Below, one piece after another: positions 36,272-43,974 of a stretch of DNA of 64,000 nucleotides. Every line of letters begins with the position of its first letter. The first letter of the stretch is position 1. The stretch is from an uncultured Gemmatimonadales bacterium. GTDB taxonomy: Bacteria > Gemmatimonadota > Gemmatimonadetes > Gemmatimonadales > GWC2-71-9. The translations under genes were made by a program, and so were the position numbers. The DNA lies in NCBI GenBank assembly GCA_963817435.1, contig CAWFNY010000001.1, forward strand, positions 503,831 to 567,830. Reading direction: 5' to 3'. The notes under the pieces were generated by a model. That model saw only the letters and a program-made list of their open reading frames with translations, had not been told where the DNA came from and made no database searches.

Positions 36272-38044
36272 GTGCTCCTTCTCTTCGGGCCTGTGTCGCT
36301 CGCGGCGCAGCTGCCGTACGATTCCCTGCCGGCCGACACGCTGACCAAGGACACGGTCAACACGACCGAGAAGTATCTGGAGGCGCTCAAGGCCAACGCG
36401 ATCCGGCTGCCCATCCTGCCGCTGATCGGGATCGCCGGGCCGCAGGCGGCGATGAGCCGCATCGTGGTCGGGCCCGATTCGATCGCCTGGGGGCTGCATG
36501 AGACCGTCGGCGACGTGCTGGAGCGGGTGCCCGGTGTCTATCTCTGGCGGGGCGGCTGGCTCGGCCGCACCGAGTATCCCGATTACCGGGGCCGAGGACC
36601 GGCGTCGGTCGAATACCTGGTGGACGGGCTGCCGTATCTCCCGATCGGGCCCGACTCGACGGGGGTCGATCCCTCGCTCTTCTCGCTGAGTCTCTACGAC
36701 CGGATCGAGATCGAGCGGTGGCCGGGGCTTATCCGGGTCCACCTCTTCACCAGGCGGCACGACCGGAAGTCGCCGGGCTCCCGGATCGGAATCGCCTCCG
36801 GCGACAAGAGCATCGCCCGCTACGTGGTGGCGCTGGAAAAGCGCTTCCCGTCAGGCATGGGCTTCGCGCTCGGCGGCGAGCGGATGGTCGCACCGACCGC
36901 GACCGGCACCAGCAGCGACTTCGACATCACCAACATCTGGCTGCAGCTCGGCTTCGTCAGGCAGCGCTTCGGCATCCAGACCGAGCTGTTCAGCTCGAGC
37001 CCCGACCGGAAGCCGTTCGTGATCAATACCGCCGATACCCTGGAGCTGCAGGGGACCGGCAAACGGAGCGACGCGCAAGTGCGGCTGTTCTGGCGGCGCC
37101 GGGAGGACGATCTCGGGCTGCGGGTGGATGCGCTGTTCGGCATCACGAAGTGGAAGGGGAGCGGCGTCGACGACCAGATCCGGCAGGGCGGGGCGGTGGT
37201 CGCATGGCGGAGTCCGACGGTCGGCCTGAGTGTCCGGGCCCTGAATCGCTCGAGGCGCACGCCGTGGGATATGCTGGCCGAGGCGGGGTGGACACCGGTC
37301 GGCCCGATCAGCTTCTCGGGAGAGGCGGGATACCAGAAGCACGATCGTGACCGCCGGAGCCAGTGGGTCGCGGGGCGCGCCAGCCTCGCCCTGCCGCTCG
37401 GCTTCGAGGCCGCGGCGACACTCCGTACCGGGTCGTTCGTGGCGGCGCCGTCGGTGCTGACCGACAAGGCGCAGAAGCTCACCGACTGGCAGGGCTCGGT
37501 GCGCTGGCAGCGCCCGTGGGCCTCGCTCGAGGTGGGGTACGGTCGGAGCGACGCGTTCCGCTCGCAGCCGTTCCGTTCCTATACGCCGACGGTGGCGGCA
37601 TTCGCGCCGGCGCCGGTGACGAACTGGGTGACGGTGGGGTGGCGGCTGGCGCCCAAGAAATGGCTGACGCTCGAGGGGTGGTACAGCGACCCGACGGGGA
37701 ACACAGTGCCCGACGGGGTGCCGGCCACCCACTCGATCACGACGGCGACGATCCGGTCCAAGTTCTGGCGCCGGTTCCGGAGCGGGATCTACGATCTCAA
37801 GGCCCAACTGGCGTTCGAGAGCTGGGGTCCCGGCGTCATCGGGCGCGACACGACGGGGACGGCGATCAGGCTCGACGGGGCGTCGTTCTGGCGCACCGAG
37901 ATCGAGATCCGGCTCGACAGCTTCCTGCTCTACTGGGACCGTTACAACCTCGCCTCCAGCAAGAAGACCTACGTCCCCGGCTTCGAGCTGATCCACGGCG
38001 GGACGACGAGCACGTTCGGGGTGAAGTGGGAGTTTAGTAATTAG
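36272..38044 (+). CDS. hypothetical secreted protein, probable outer-membrane beta-barrel
   Basis: 590 aa. Short hydrophobic N-terminus (LLLFGPVSLAAQ), Plug-like YLWRGGWLGR region, and alternating beta-strand pattern rich in aromatic residues (R-x-W-x, Y-x-D). No firm family call. Confidence 0.45.
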   Translation: MLLLFGPVSLAAQLPYDSLPADTLTKDTVNTTEKYLEALKANAIRLPILPLIGIAGPQAAMSRIVVGPDSIAWGLHETVGDVLERVPGVYLWRGGWLGRTEYPDYRGRGPASVEYLVDGLPYLPIGPDSTGVDPSLFSLSLYDRIEIERWPGLIRVHLFTRRHDRKSPGSRIGIASGDKSIARYVVALEKRFPSGMGFALGGERMVAPTATGTSSDFDITNIWLQLGFVRQRFGIQTELFSSSPDRKPFVINTADTLELQGTGKRSDAQVRLFWRRREDDLGLRVDALFGITKWKGSGVDDQIRQGGAVVAWRSPTVGLSVRALNRSRRTPWDMLAEAGWTPVGPISFSGEAGYQKHDRDRRSQWVAGRASLALPLGFEAAATLRTGSFVAAPSVLTDKAQKLTDWQGSVRWQRPWASLEVGYGRSDAFRSQPFRSYTPTVAAFAPAPVTNWVTVGWRLAPKKWLTLEGWYSDPTGNTVPDGVPATHSITTATIRSKFWRRFRSGIYDLKAQLAFESWGPGVIGRDTTGTAIRLDGASFWRTEIEIRLDSFLLYWDRYNLASSKKTYVPGFELIHGGTTSTFGVKWEFSN

Positions 38045-38212
38045 GCGACTAGGCGGTTGGGCGGTTGGGCGATTGAGCGATTAGGCGGTTAGGCGGTTGG
38101 GCGGTTAGGCGATTGGGCGAGATGTCGGGCCGTTAGCCACGCTGCGTTGGCCGCCACCGCGCGCTACTGCTCTTCTGTCCTAACCGTCTAACTGTCTAAC
38201 CGTCTTACCGCC
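38042..38212. repeat. 8-bp tandem-repeat element, copy 1: ~10 units T(A/G)GGCG(G/A)T, ~58-bp spacer, 4 inverted units (TAACCGTC-type)
   Basis: Read directly. Starts inside the stop codon of the upstream gene and ends ~60 nt before yicC. Confidence 0.9.
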
Positions 38213-38272
38213 TCGCCCCCTACCCGTAACCCCCTCCCGCGGCTATACTTCGCCCCCTTCCTGAGACCCTGG

Positions 38273-39163
38273 ATGGAGCGATCGGTGCCCTATAGCATGA
38301 CGGGGTTTGGGGCCGCGGAAGGCCCAGTGGGAGGCGGCCGGATCCGGGTGGAGATCCGGACCGTGAATCACCGGCACTTCAACCCGTCGCTCAAGCTCTC
38401 GCACGAGTTCTCGGCGCTCGAGGGGGAACTCCGGGAGCGGCTCCGCAAGGATTTCGACCGGGGCCACGTGTCGGTCGGGGTCCACTGGACCGAAGCGCCG
38501 GAACGGCACACCGCCGGCTTCACGGTGAACCTCGACCGGGCGCGTGCGGTGGCGCTGGCGCTCGGCGACCTGCAGCGCGTCCTCGGCGTCCCCGGCGAGG
38601 TCGATCTGGCGATGGTCGTCAGGCAGCCGGAGGTGATCACCGCGGGCCGGGAGGAGTCGCCCGAGATCCCGTGGAGCGACCTCGAGCCGATCGTGGCCCA
38701 GGCGATCGTCGACTGCAAGGCGATGCGGAAGCGCGAGGGCGGGGTGCTCGCGGATGAGCTGCGCAACCGGCTGAGCCTGATGGAGGTCTCGAGCCAGGTG
38801 ATCGCGGCCCGCGCCCCGCAGCGGCTGGTGCGCGAGCGGGACCGGCTCCGGCAGTCGGTGGCGCAGCTCATCGAGGGGACGGCGGTGGACGAGCAGCGGC
38901 TGGCGCAGGAGATCGCGTTCATGGCCGACAAGCTGGACATCACCGAGGAGCTGGTGCGGTTCGCGGCGCATGTGGCCGCCTGTCGTCAGGCGCTCGCCGG
39001 CGACCAGCCGGTCGGCAAGCAGCTCGGATTCCTGGCGCAGGAGCTGGGGCGCGAGGTGAACACGATGGGCTCCAAGGGCGCCGACGCCGAGATCCTGCAG
39101 CAGGTGATCGCCATGAAGGGCGAGCTGGAGAAGTTCCGGGAGCAGCTCGAGAATCTCGAGTGA
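38273..39163 (+). CDS. yicC: YicC-family stress-induced protein / endoribonuclease
   Basis: SMTGFG N-terminus. C-terminal DITEELVRFAAH and EVNTMGSK motifs. Confidence 0.85.
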   Translation: MERSVPYSMTGFGAAEGPVGGGRIRVEIRTVNHRHFNPSLKLSHEFSALEGELRERLRKDFDRGHVSVGVHWTEAPERHTAGFTVNLDRARAVALALGDLQRVLGVPGEVDLAMVVRQPEVITAGREESPEIPWSDLEPIVAQAIVDCKAMRKREGGVLADELRNRLSLMEVSSQVIAARAPQRLVRERDRLRQSVAQLIEGTAVDEQRLAQEIAFMADKLDITEELVRFAAHVAACRQALAGDQPVGKQLGFLAQELGREVNTMGSKGADAEILQQVIAMKGELEKFREQLENLE

Positions 39164-39801
39164 CGCCGCTCCTGGTGGTGCTGTCGTCGCCCTCGGGGGC
39201 GGGGAAGACCACTCTCGCCGAGCGGCTCCTGGCGAAGCGGAAGGATGTGGGGCGGTCGATCTCGGCGACGACGCGGCCGCCGCGCGCGGGGGAGGTCGAC
39301 GGCAGGGACTACTACTTCCTCTCGCCCGCCGAATTCGAGCGGCGGGTGCAGGCGGGGGAGTTCCTCGAGACGGCCACCTACGGTGGCAACCGCTACGGCA
39401 CGCTCCGCTCCGAAGTGGAGCGGCTGTTCCGCGAGGGGCGGCACGTGCTGCTGGTGATCGAGGTGGCGGGCGCCCGGCAGGTGCGGGCGCAGTTTGCCGA
39501 GGCGGCGCTGGTGTTCGTGCTGCCGCCGACCGGTGAGGCGCTGGTCACCAGGCTCTCGGCGCGGCAGACCGAGGCGCCGGAGGCGCTGCGCCGGCGGCTC
39601 GCGATCGCGACGGAAGAACTCCGAGAGGTCGGCGATTACGACTACGTGGTGGTGAACGACGATCTCGAGAGCGCGGTGCAGGACCTGGGCGCGATACTCG
39701 ATGCCGAGAGCCGGCGGGTGATCCGGCAGCATGAGCTGGTGGCACGGGTCGAGGCGATCCGCCGCGATGTGGCGGCGGCCGCGGCAGGGCTGGGCAAGTA
39801 A
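39160..39801 (+). CDS. gmk: guanylate kinase
   Basis: LLVVLSSPSGAGKTTL P-loop, TTRPPRAGEVDGRDYYF. GTGA overlap with yicC. Confidence 0.9.
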   Translation: MTPLLVVLSSPSGAGKTTLAERLLAKRKDVGRSISATTRPPRAGEVDGRDYYFLSPAEFERRVQAGEFLETATYGGNRYGTLRSEVERLFREGRHVLLVIEVAGARQVRAQFAEAALVFVLPPTGEALVTRLSARQTEAPEALRRRLAIATEELREVGDYDYVVVNDDLESAVQDLGAILDAESRRVIRQHELVARVEAIRRDVAAAAAGLGK

Positions 39802-39844
39802 GGGCGACCCACCGGGGCGCTCCAACGGTGACACGGGGTATCTG

Positions 39845-40057
39845 ATGAAGATCTACACGCCGACCGAGACCGCGAAGCAGGCGGGCAACAAGTACCTGGG
39901 CGTCCTGGTGGCCGCGAAGTTCGCGCGGCACATGAACGACCTGCCCAAGGAGCGGATCATCGAGAAGCAGATGAAGCTCACCACCCAGGCGCTCGAGGCG
40001 CTGGTGGTCGGCAACCTGCATTACAAGATCTCCCGCCGGCGCCGTTCCGAGGCCTGA
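39845..40057 (+). CDS. rpoZ: DNA-directed RNA polymerase subunit omega
   Basis: 70 aa. NKYLGVLVAAKFARHM matches the omega core (NRY-L-AAKRAR). Canonical gmk-rpoZ synteny. Confidence 0.75.
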   Translation: MKIYTPTETAKQAGNKYLGVLVAAKFARHMNDLPKERIIEKQMKLTTQALEALVVGNLHYKISRRRRSEA

Positions 40058-41256
40058 TGGTGTGGGCCGGCCGCCATGTCGTCGTAGGCGTGTCGGGCGG
40101 GATCGCCAGCTACAAGAGCTGCGTTCTCGTCCGGCGCCTCGCGGAGGCGGGGGCTCACGTCGACGTGATCCTCACCCAGGGGGCCGCGGAGTTCGTGCGG
40201 CCCCTGACCTTTGAGGCGTTGTCCGGCCGCCCGGTCCTGACGTCGCTGTGGACGCCTGACACCGCGCTCTCCCATGTCCGCCTCGCCCAGCAGGCCGACC
40301 TGATCATCGTGGCTCCCGCCACCGCGCACCTGATCGCGCGGGTGGCGGCGGGGCTCGGTGACGACATCCTCTCCACCCTGCTCCTCGCCCATACCGCCCC
40401 GGTGCTGCTCGCGCCGGCGATGAACGACGAGATGTACGCCAATCCGGCGACCGTCGCGAACCTCGCGCTGCTCGCCGCGCGCGGCTTCGCCACCGTGGGT
40501 CCCGAGGTCGGCTCGCTCGCCGAGGGGCCATCGGATCGTCCCGGCCGGATGAGCGAGCCCGAGGTGATCCTGGCACACGCCGAGCGGATGCTGGCCAATC
40601 CCGGGCCGCTCACCGGAGCAACGGTGGTGGTGACTGCGGGTCCGACCAGGGAGCCGATCGATCCGGTCCGGCTCATCACCAATCGTTCGAGCGGCAAGAT
40701 GGGGTACCGGCTGGCGGAGGCGGCGTTCGCGCGCGGCTCCAAGGTGATCCTCATCAGCGGTCACTCCTTGGAGCCGGCGCCGGTCGGGGTCACGATGGTG
40801 CGGGTCGAGAGCACCGCCGATATGCGCGCCGCCGTCGCCGCCGCGCTGCCCGGCGCCGACGTGCTGATCATGGCCGCCGCGCCAGCCGATTTCCGTCCCG
40901 CGATGCCAGCCGACGCCAAGCGACCGCGGCAGGAGGGCTCGCTCTCGATTCCGCTCGAGCCGACGGAGGACATCCTGCTCTCCACCGCCGCGCTCCGGAA
41001 GCCGGGGAGCATCATCGTCGGCTTCGCGCTGGAGACGGGCGACGCGATCGCGAAGGGGCGGACGAAGCTCGAGCGGAAGGATCTCGACATGATCGTGGTG
41101 AACGACGCGCTGGAGCCCGGGGCGGCGTTCGAGGTGGAGACGAACCGGGTGGCCATCCTGGGCAGCGACGGGGTCGAGTTCACGATGCCGCTGGCCAGCA
41201 AGCGGGAAGTGGCTGAGCGGATCCTCGATGCCGTGGAGGCCCGTCGTGGACCCTAG
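40057..41256 (+). CDS. coaBC: bifunctional phosphopantothenoylcysteine decarboxylase / phosphopantothenate-cysteine ligase
   Basis: VGVSGGIASYKS, PAMNDEMY, ITNRSSGKMG. Confidence 0.9.
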   Translation: MVWAGRHVVVGVSGGIASYKSCVLVRRLAEAGAHVDVILTQGAAEFVRPLTFEALSGRPVLTSLWTPDTALSHVRLAQQADLIIVAPATAHLIARVAAGLGDDILSTLLLAHTAPVLLAPAMNDEMYANPATVANLALLAARGFATVGPEVGSLAEGPSDRPGRMSEPEVILAHAERMLANPGPLTGATVVVTAGPTREPIDPVRLITNRSSGKMGYRLAEAAFARGSKVILISGHSLEPAPVGVTMVRVESTADMRAAVAAALPGADVLIMAAAPADFRPAMPADAKRPRQEGSLSIPLEPTEDILLSTAALRKPGSIIVGFALETGDAIAKGRTKLERKDLDMIVVNDALEPGAAFEVETNRVAILGSDGVEFTMPLASKREVAERILDAVEARRGP

Positions 41257-42136
41257 CCGGGCGCAGTACCTGAGGCAGCAGGCGGAGCTCGGCGGGAGGG
41301 AGATCTATCTCTCGTCACCGGATGCGCTGGCGGAAGGGCGGGAAGGCGGCGACCGAGCGCCCCTCGGGAGCAGCTTGCTGCGACCCGGGCGCGAGGAAGA
41401 GGCGGAAGAGGCGGTCGCAGAGGAGATTCCCGAGACTGCTCGTGAGGCTCCCGCACCGAGCAAGCGCACCGATCCGCTGCCGCCGGGCGCCTCGAAGTGG
41501 CTCAAGGACCTGCCGCCGATTCCGGGGCCGGGGCTCGTGATCCTCCCGCCGAGCGGCGCGCTGCTGAAGGATGAGATCGAGGAGCTGGCGACGCTGGATG
41601 CGGTGGCGGCGCTGATCAGCGGCTGCCGGAAATGCGCGCTGTGCGAGGGGCGGACCCACACCGTGCCGGGGGAGGGGAATCCGGAGGCGCGGCTCATGTG
41701 TGTCGGCGAGGGTCCGGGTGCCACGGAGGACGAGACGGGGCGTCCGTTCGTCGGGGCGGCGGGGCAGTTGCTCGACAAGATGCTCGCCGCGATCGACTGT
41801 CCCCGGGAGACGGTCTACATTGCGAACATTGTGAAGTGCCGTCCGCCGGGGAACCGGAAGCCGCTCCCGGACGAGGCGGCGGCCTGTCTTCCTTATCTGC
41901 ACCGGCAGATCGCGCTGGTGCAGCCCACCGTCATCCTCGCGCTGGGCGGCACCGCGGCGGAGCACCTGCTCGGTGTCAAGCGGAGTCTCGGCGACCTCCG
42001 GGGCAAGGTGCACCGGTATGCGGGGATTCCTCTGATCGTGACCTATCACCCCGCCGCGCTGCTCCGGAATCCGAACTGGAAGAAGCCGACGTGGGACGAT
42101 GTGCGGATTGCGAGGCAGTTGCTGGACGGGGAGTAG
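41228..42136 (+). CDS. family-4 uracil-DNA glycosylase with ~100-aa acidic/Pro-rich N-terminal extension
   Basis: CRKCALCEGRTHTVPGEGNPEARLMCVGEGPGATEDETGRPFVGAAGQLL and HPAALLRNP. Start uncertain (ATG 41228 or GTG 41246). Confidence 0.85.
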   Translation: MPWRPVVDPSRAQYLRQQAELGGREIYLSSPDALAEGREGGDRAPLGSSLLRPGREEEAEEAVAEEIPETAREAPAPSKRTDPLPPGASKWLKDLPPIPGPGLVILPPSGALLKDEIEELATLDAVAALISGCRKCALCEGRTHTVPGEGNPEARLMCVGEGPGATEDETGRPFVGAAGQLLDKMLAAIDCPRETVYIANIVKCRPPGNRKPLPDEAAACLPYLHRQIALVQPTVILALGGTAAEHLLGVKRSLGDLRGKVHRYAGIPLIVTYHPAALLRNPNWKKPTWDDVRIARQLLDGE

Positions 42137-42195
42137 GGGAGAGGGAAGGGGGAAGGGGGAAGAGGGAAGAGGGAAGAGGGAAGAGGGAAGAGGGG
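42135..42195. repeat. 61-nt uninterrupted homopurine tract including 5 perfect GGGAAGA units
   Basis: Read directly. The perfect repeats lie at 42157-42191. The tract begins within the udg stop codon and has no complementary arm downstream. Confidence 0.9.
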
Positions 42196-42282
42196 CTGGG
42201 GCGGGAGGATGTGATGCCATGGGTTTGCTGCCGATTCGGCCAGCCGGCATCCGTCGTTCCCGCCCTTTGTGTTGCCGCCATC

Positions 42283-42591
42283 TCATGCCGCCGGGTGATT
42301 CGTATCCGCGTTGGGCGGCGTGGTGCCAGTGGTTCCCGTGGTTTCAGGCGCTGGCTCTTCGGCCTTCTTTCGACTCGGCTGGGCCACGTTGCTGGCGCTC
42401 ACCCAGGCCGCGAGCTTCTCGGCGTCGTCGGCGAAGCGGAAGCGGTTGAGTCCGTCCATCACATTCACCACCTGCACCAGCTCCTGCACCACCGACTTGA
42501 GCTGCGCCGTGGCGCCGACATGGTCCCGGCGTCCGGCCGCCGCCTGCGCGGTGGCCTCGTCGAGCTGCAGGAGGGCCTGTTGCTGGACCTG
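42283..42591 (-). pseudogene. 3' fragment of a GC3-rich (host-like) gene of unknown function, 5' end cut off at the composition junction
   Basis: The reading frame is open from an in-frame TAG at 42592-42594. Translation ...LKSVVQELVQVVNVMDGLNRFRFADDAEKLAAW..., with no convincing start. It could still be a short real ORF from GTG 42492. Confidence 0.3.
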
Positions 42592-42594
42592 CTA

Positions 42595-42900
42595 AAGCCC
42601 TCAGGGGAACTCCTGCCCCTGCGGTATTCAGTGGCCGAGTATCTGGCCTACAATGTCACGCGAGTGATTGATGCTCTAGATGAGGATAGTTCTAGCATCG
42701 TCCGATTTCCAACCGGACGCGTGATGTCGATCAGCAAGTACTCATTTGTGCCCGACCTCGTAGGGTCCAGTGCCATATTCAAGATTCCACAGCTACCCAA
42801 AGCGCATGTCTTCGTTACAGACGAGTTTGCCAGGCGAGTGCAAGAAAGTAGACTCTCGGGGTTCACGTTCCTGAAGGTTTGGGATTTCGGACCCGGCTAG
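42595..42900 (+). pseudogene. N-terminally truncated Imm11 (DUF1629)-like polymorphic-toxin immunity gene fragment
   Basis: YLAYNVTRVIDALDEDSS and IFKIPQLPKAHVFVTDEFARRVQESRLSGFTFLKV match my recollection of the Imm11/DUF1629 C-terminal half (YY-LNV---VD-LD-E-S; IFR------LIVSE-FK-A-E-AGLTG--F--V). There is no start codon or N-terminal half. Confidence 0.55.
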
Positions 42901-43161
42901 GGCGTTCCCAAGGCTGCACCGGGAGCAGGAATCGGATGAACCTCATTCCGGAGCGAGACGGGAACGCCGCGCTACGACCTGCTGGCGGTGATCCGAGCGG
43001 AACTTGCAGTACCGGGACACGCGTTTCTCCCTGAACTCTCACAGAACCCATCCCTATAGGTAATGCCAGTTAGTATGGGAGGGCACACCCGGCAGCAGTC
43101 GGCCTGAAACCTCCTGCCAAGCAGCCCGCTTTCCGGAGGGATGGTCAACTCCGTTCGTGAA

Positions 43162-43803
43162 CTATTCCTGCCAGACCACAGGTAGAATAAGGCCGGTTGA
43201 AGCCCGGCGTACCCAAACTTCTGCCCGTTCAAGTAGAAGCGGGGGAACTGAGATAGAGAGTGATGACGCGAAGAGAGAGGCTCGGACAACATTTCTGTTG
43301 TAGATGTCCGCGAGAACGCTGCTATTCGCCGGGTCATCCCGAAACACGTCGATTAGACTGATGAGTTCGGCCTCATTCTGACTTGAAATCGCCCAGACAG
43401 AGATGGGGTATAGCAAGTCGCCGTCAGAAGAATTGGCAGCTTCCACCACGCTTCCGAGCATCGCTAGATCCGCCTGGCAGCGGAGGAGGCGCGGCCAGAC
43501 TCCCTGAATTCGCGCGTGTCGACCAGTGTCGACCCGAAGGATCCGGTCATCATCCATCATTTCCCGACACAGACGTAAGACGAGATCCGGAACGGAGCGG
43601 AGGATGACGGGCTCCGGAGCAGACTCCATTTCGAAATCACTGGGAACGTCGTCCTCGACTAAGTCGATCCCGATGTATCCGACACGTCCTTCGCGCTTCT
43701 CCTGAACCCGCGCTTGGCGCTGGGCGACGGTCAAGACGTAAGGCAATCGCTGCGGCATTGCTGCCCCTGAGTTACGCGCCTTCCCAGCGGGGTGTTTCTT
43801 CAT
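43162..43803 (-). CDS. hypothetical 213-aa protein; candidate immunity protein for the upstream Rhs-CT
   Basis: Lower-GC ORF immediately downstream of the toxin tip on the same strand. Alternative start at 43758 has an AGGGG Shine-Dalgarno sequence. No family recognised. Confidence 0.45.
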   Translation of the reverse strand: MKKHPAGKARNSGAAMPQRLPYVLTVAQRQARVQEKREGRVGYIGIDLVEDDVPSDFEMESAPEPVILRSVPDLVLRLCREMMDDDRILRVDTGRHARIQGVWPRLLRCQADLAMLGSVVEAANSSDGDLLYPISVWAISSQNEAELISLIDVFRDDPANSSVLADIYNRNVVRASLFASSLSISVPPLLLERAEVWVRRASTGLILPVVWQE

Positions 43804-43974
43804 ATCCCGATCGGCGAGAAGATCATGGCCGTGATAATCATGATGAGACCAGTCACGCCAACCTGAGTGGGCGTGGGCGCGGATTGAGGGCTCGCCGGAA
43901 GTGCTGGAATTCGAGGATTCTTCTTCGGAATCTTCGCCAATTGCGGCGGTGGCAGCGAGTGGTGTTGCAGTGCG

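Noticed and set aside
35857-36462. ORFs crossing the homopurine tracts, giving LPSSLFPLPSS-type peptides (35857-36462(-), 41315-42286(-), 41976-42281(-)).
   Set aside because: These are translations of simple-sequence DNA antisense to real genes, with no start or Shine-Dalgarno support.
38042-38121. Resemblance of the TTAGGC(G) units to telomeric repeats (TTAGGG/TTAGGC).
   Set aside because: The period is 8 nt rather than 6, the location is internal and intergenic, and a second inverted arm is present. The resemblance is superficial.
38042-38212. Whether the 8-bp repeat blocks could be a CRISPR array.
   Set aside because: The units are contiguous 8-mers with no spacers, far shorter than CRISPR repeats, and no cas genes are nearby.
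42398-42410. CTCACCCAGG on the + strand, a 10-nt match to the reverse complement of the 22-bp site core.
   Set aside because: The match is too short. It is expected by chance at this length in 128 kb of two-strand sequence, and it lacks the GGATCC arms.
41632-42900. 422-aa + strand ORF spanning udg, the purine tract and the island edge.
   Set aside because: Only the final ~100 codons (the Imm11-like fragment) look like real protein. The rest is an out-of-frame reading of udg and repeat DNA.
42901-42968. Nested inverted repeat after the Imm11-like fragment (GGCGTTCCC ... GGAAT-N12-ATTCC ... GGGAACGCC), considered as an integron attC-like site.
   Set aside because: It lacks the RYYYAAC / GTTRRRY core sequences, and there is no IntI-type integrase. 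It is more simply a terminator-like hairpin. It may still deserve a look if more cassettes are found.
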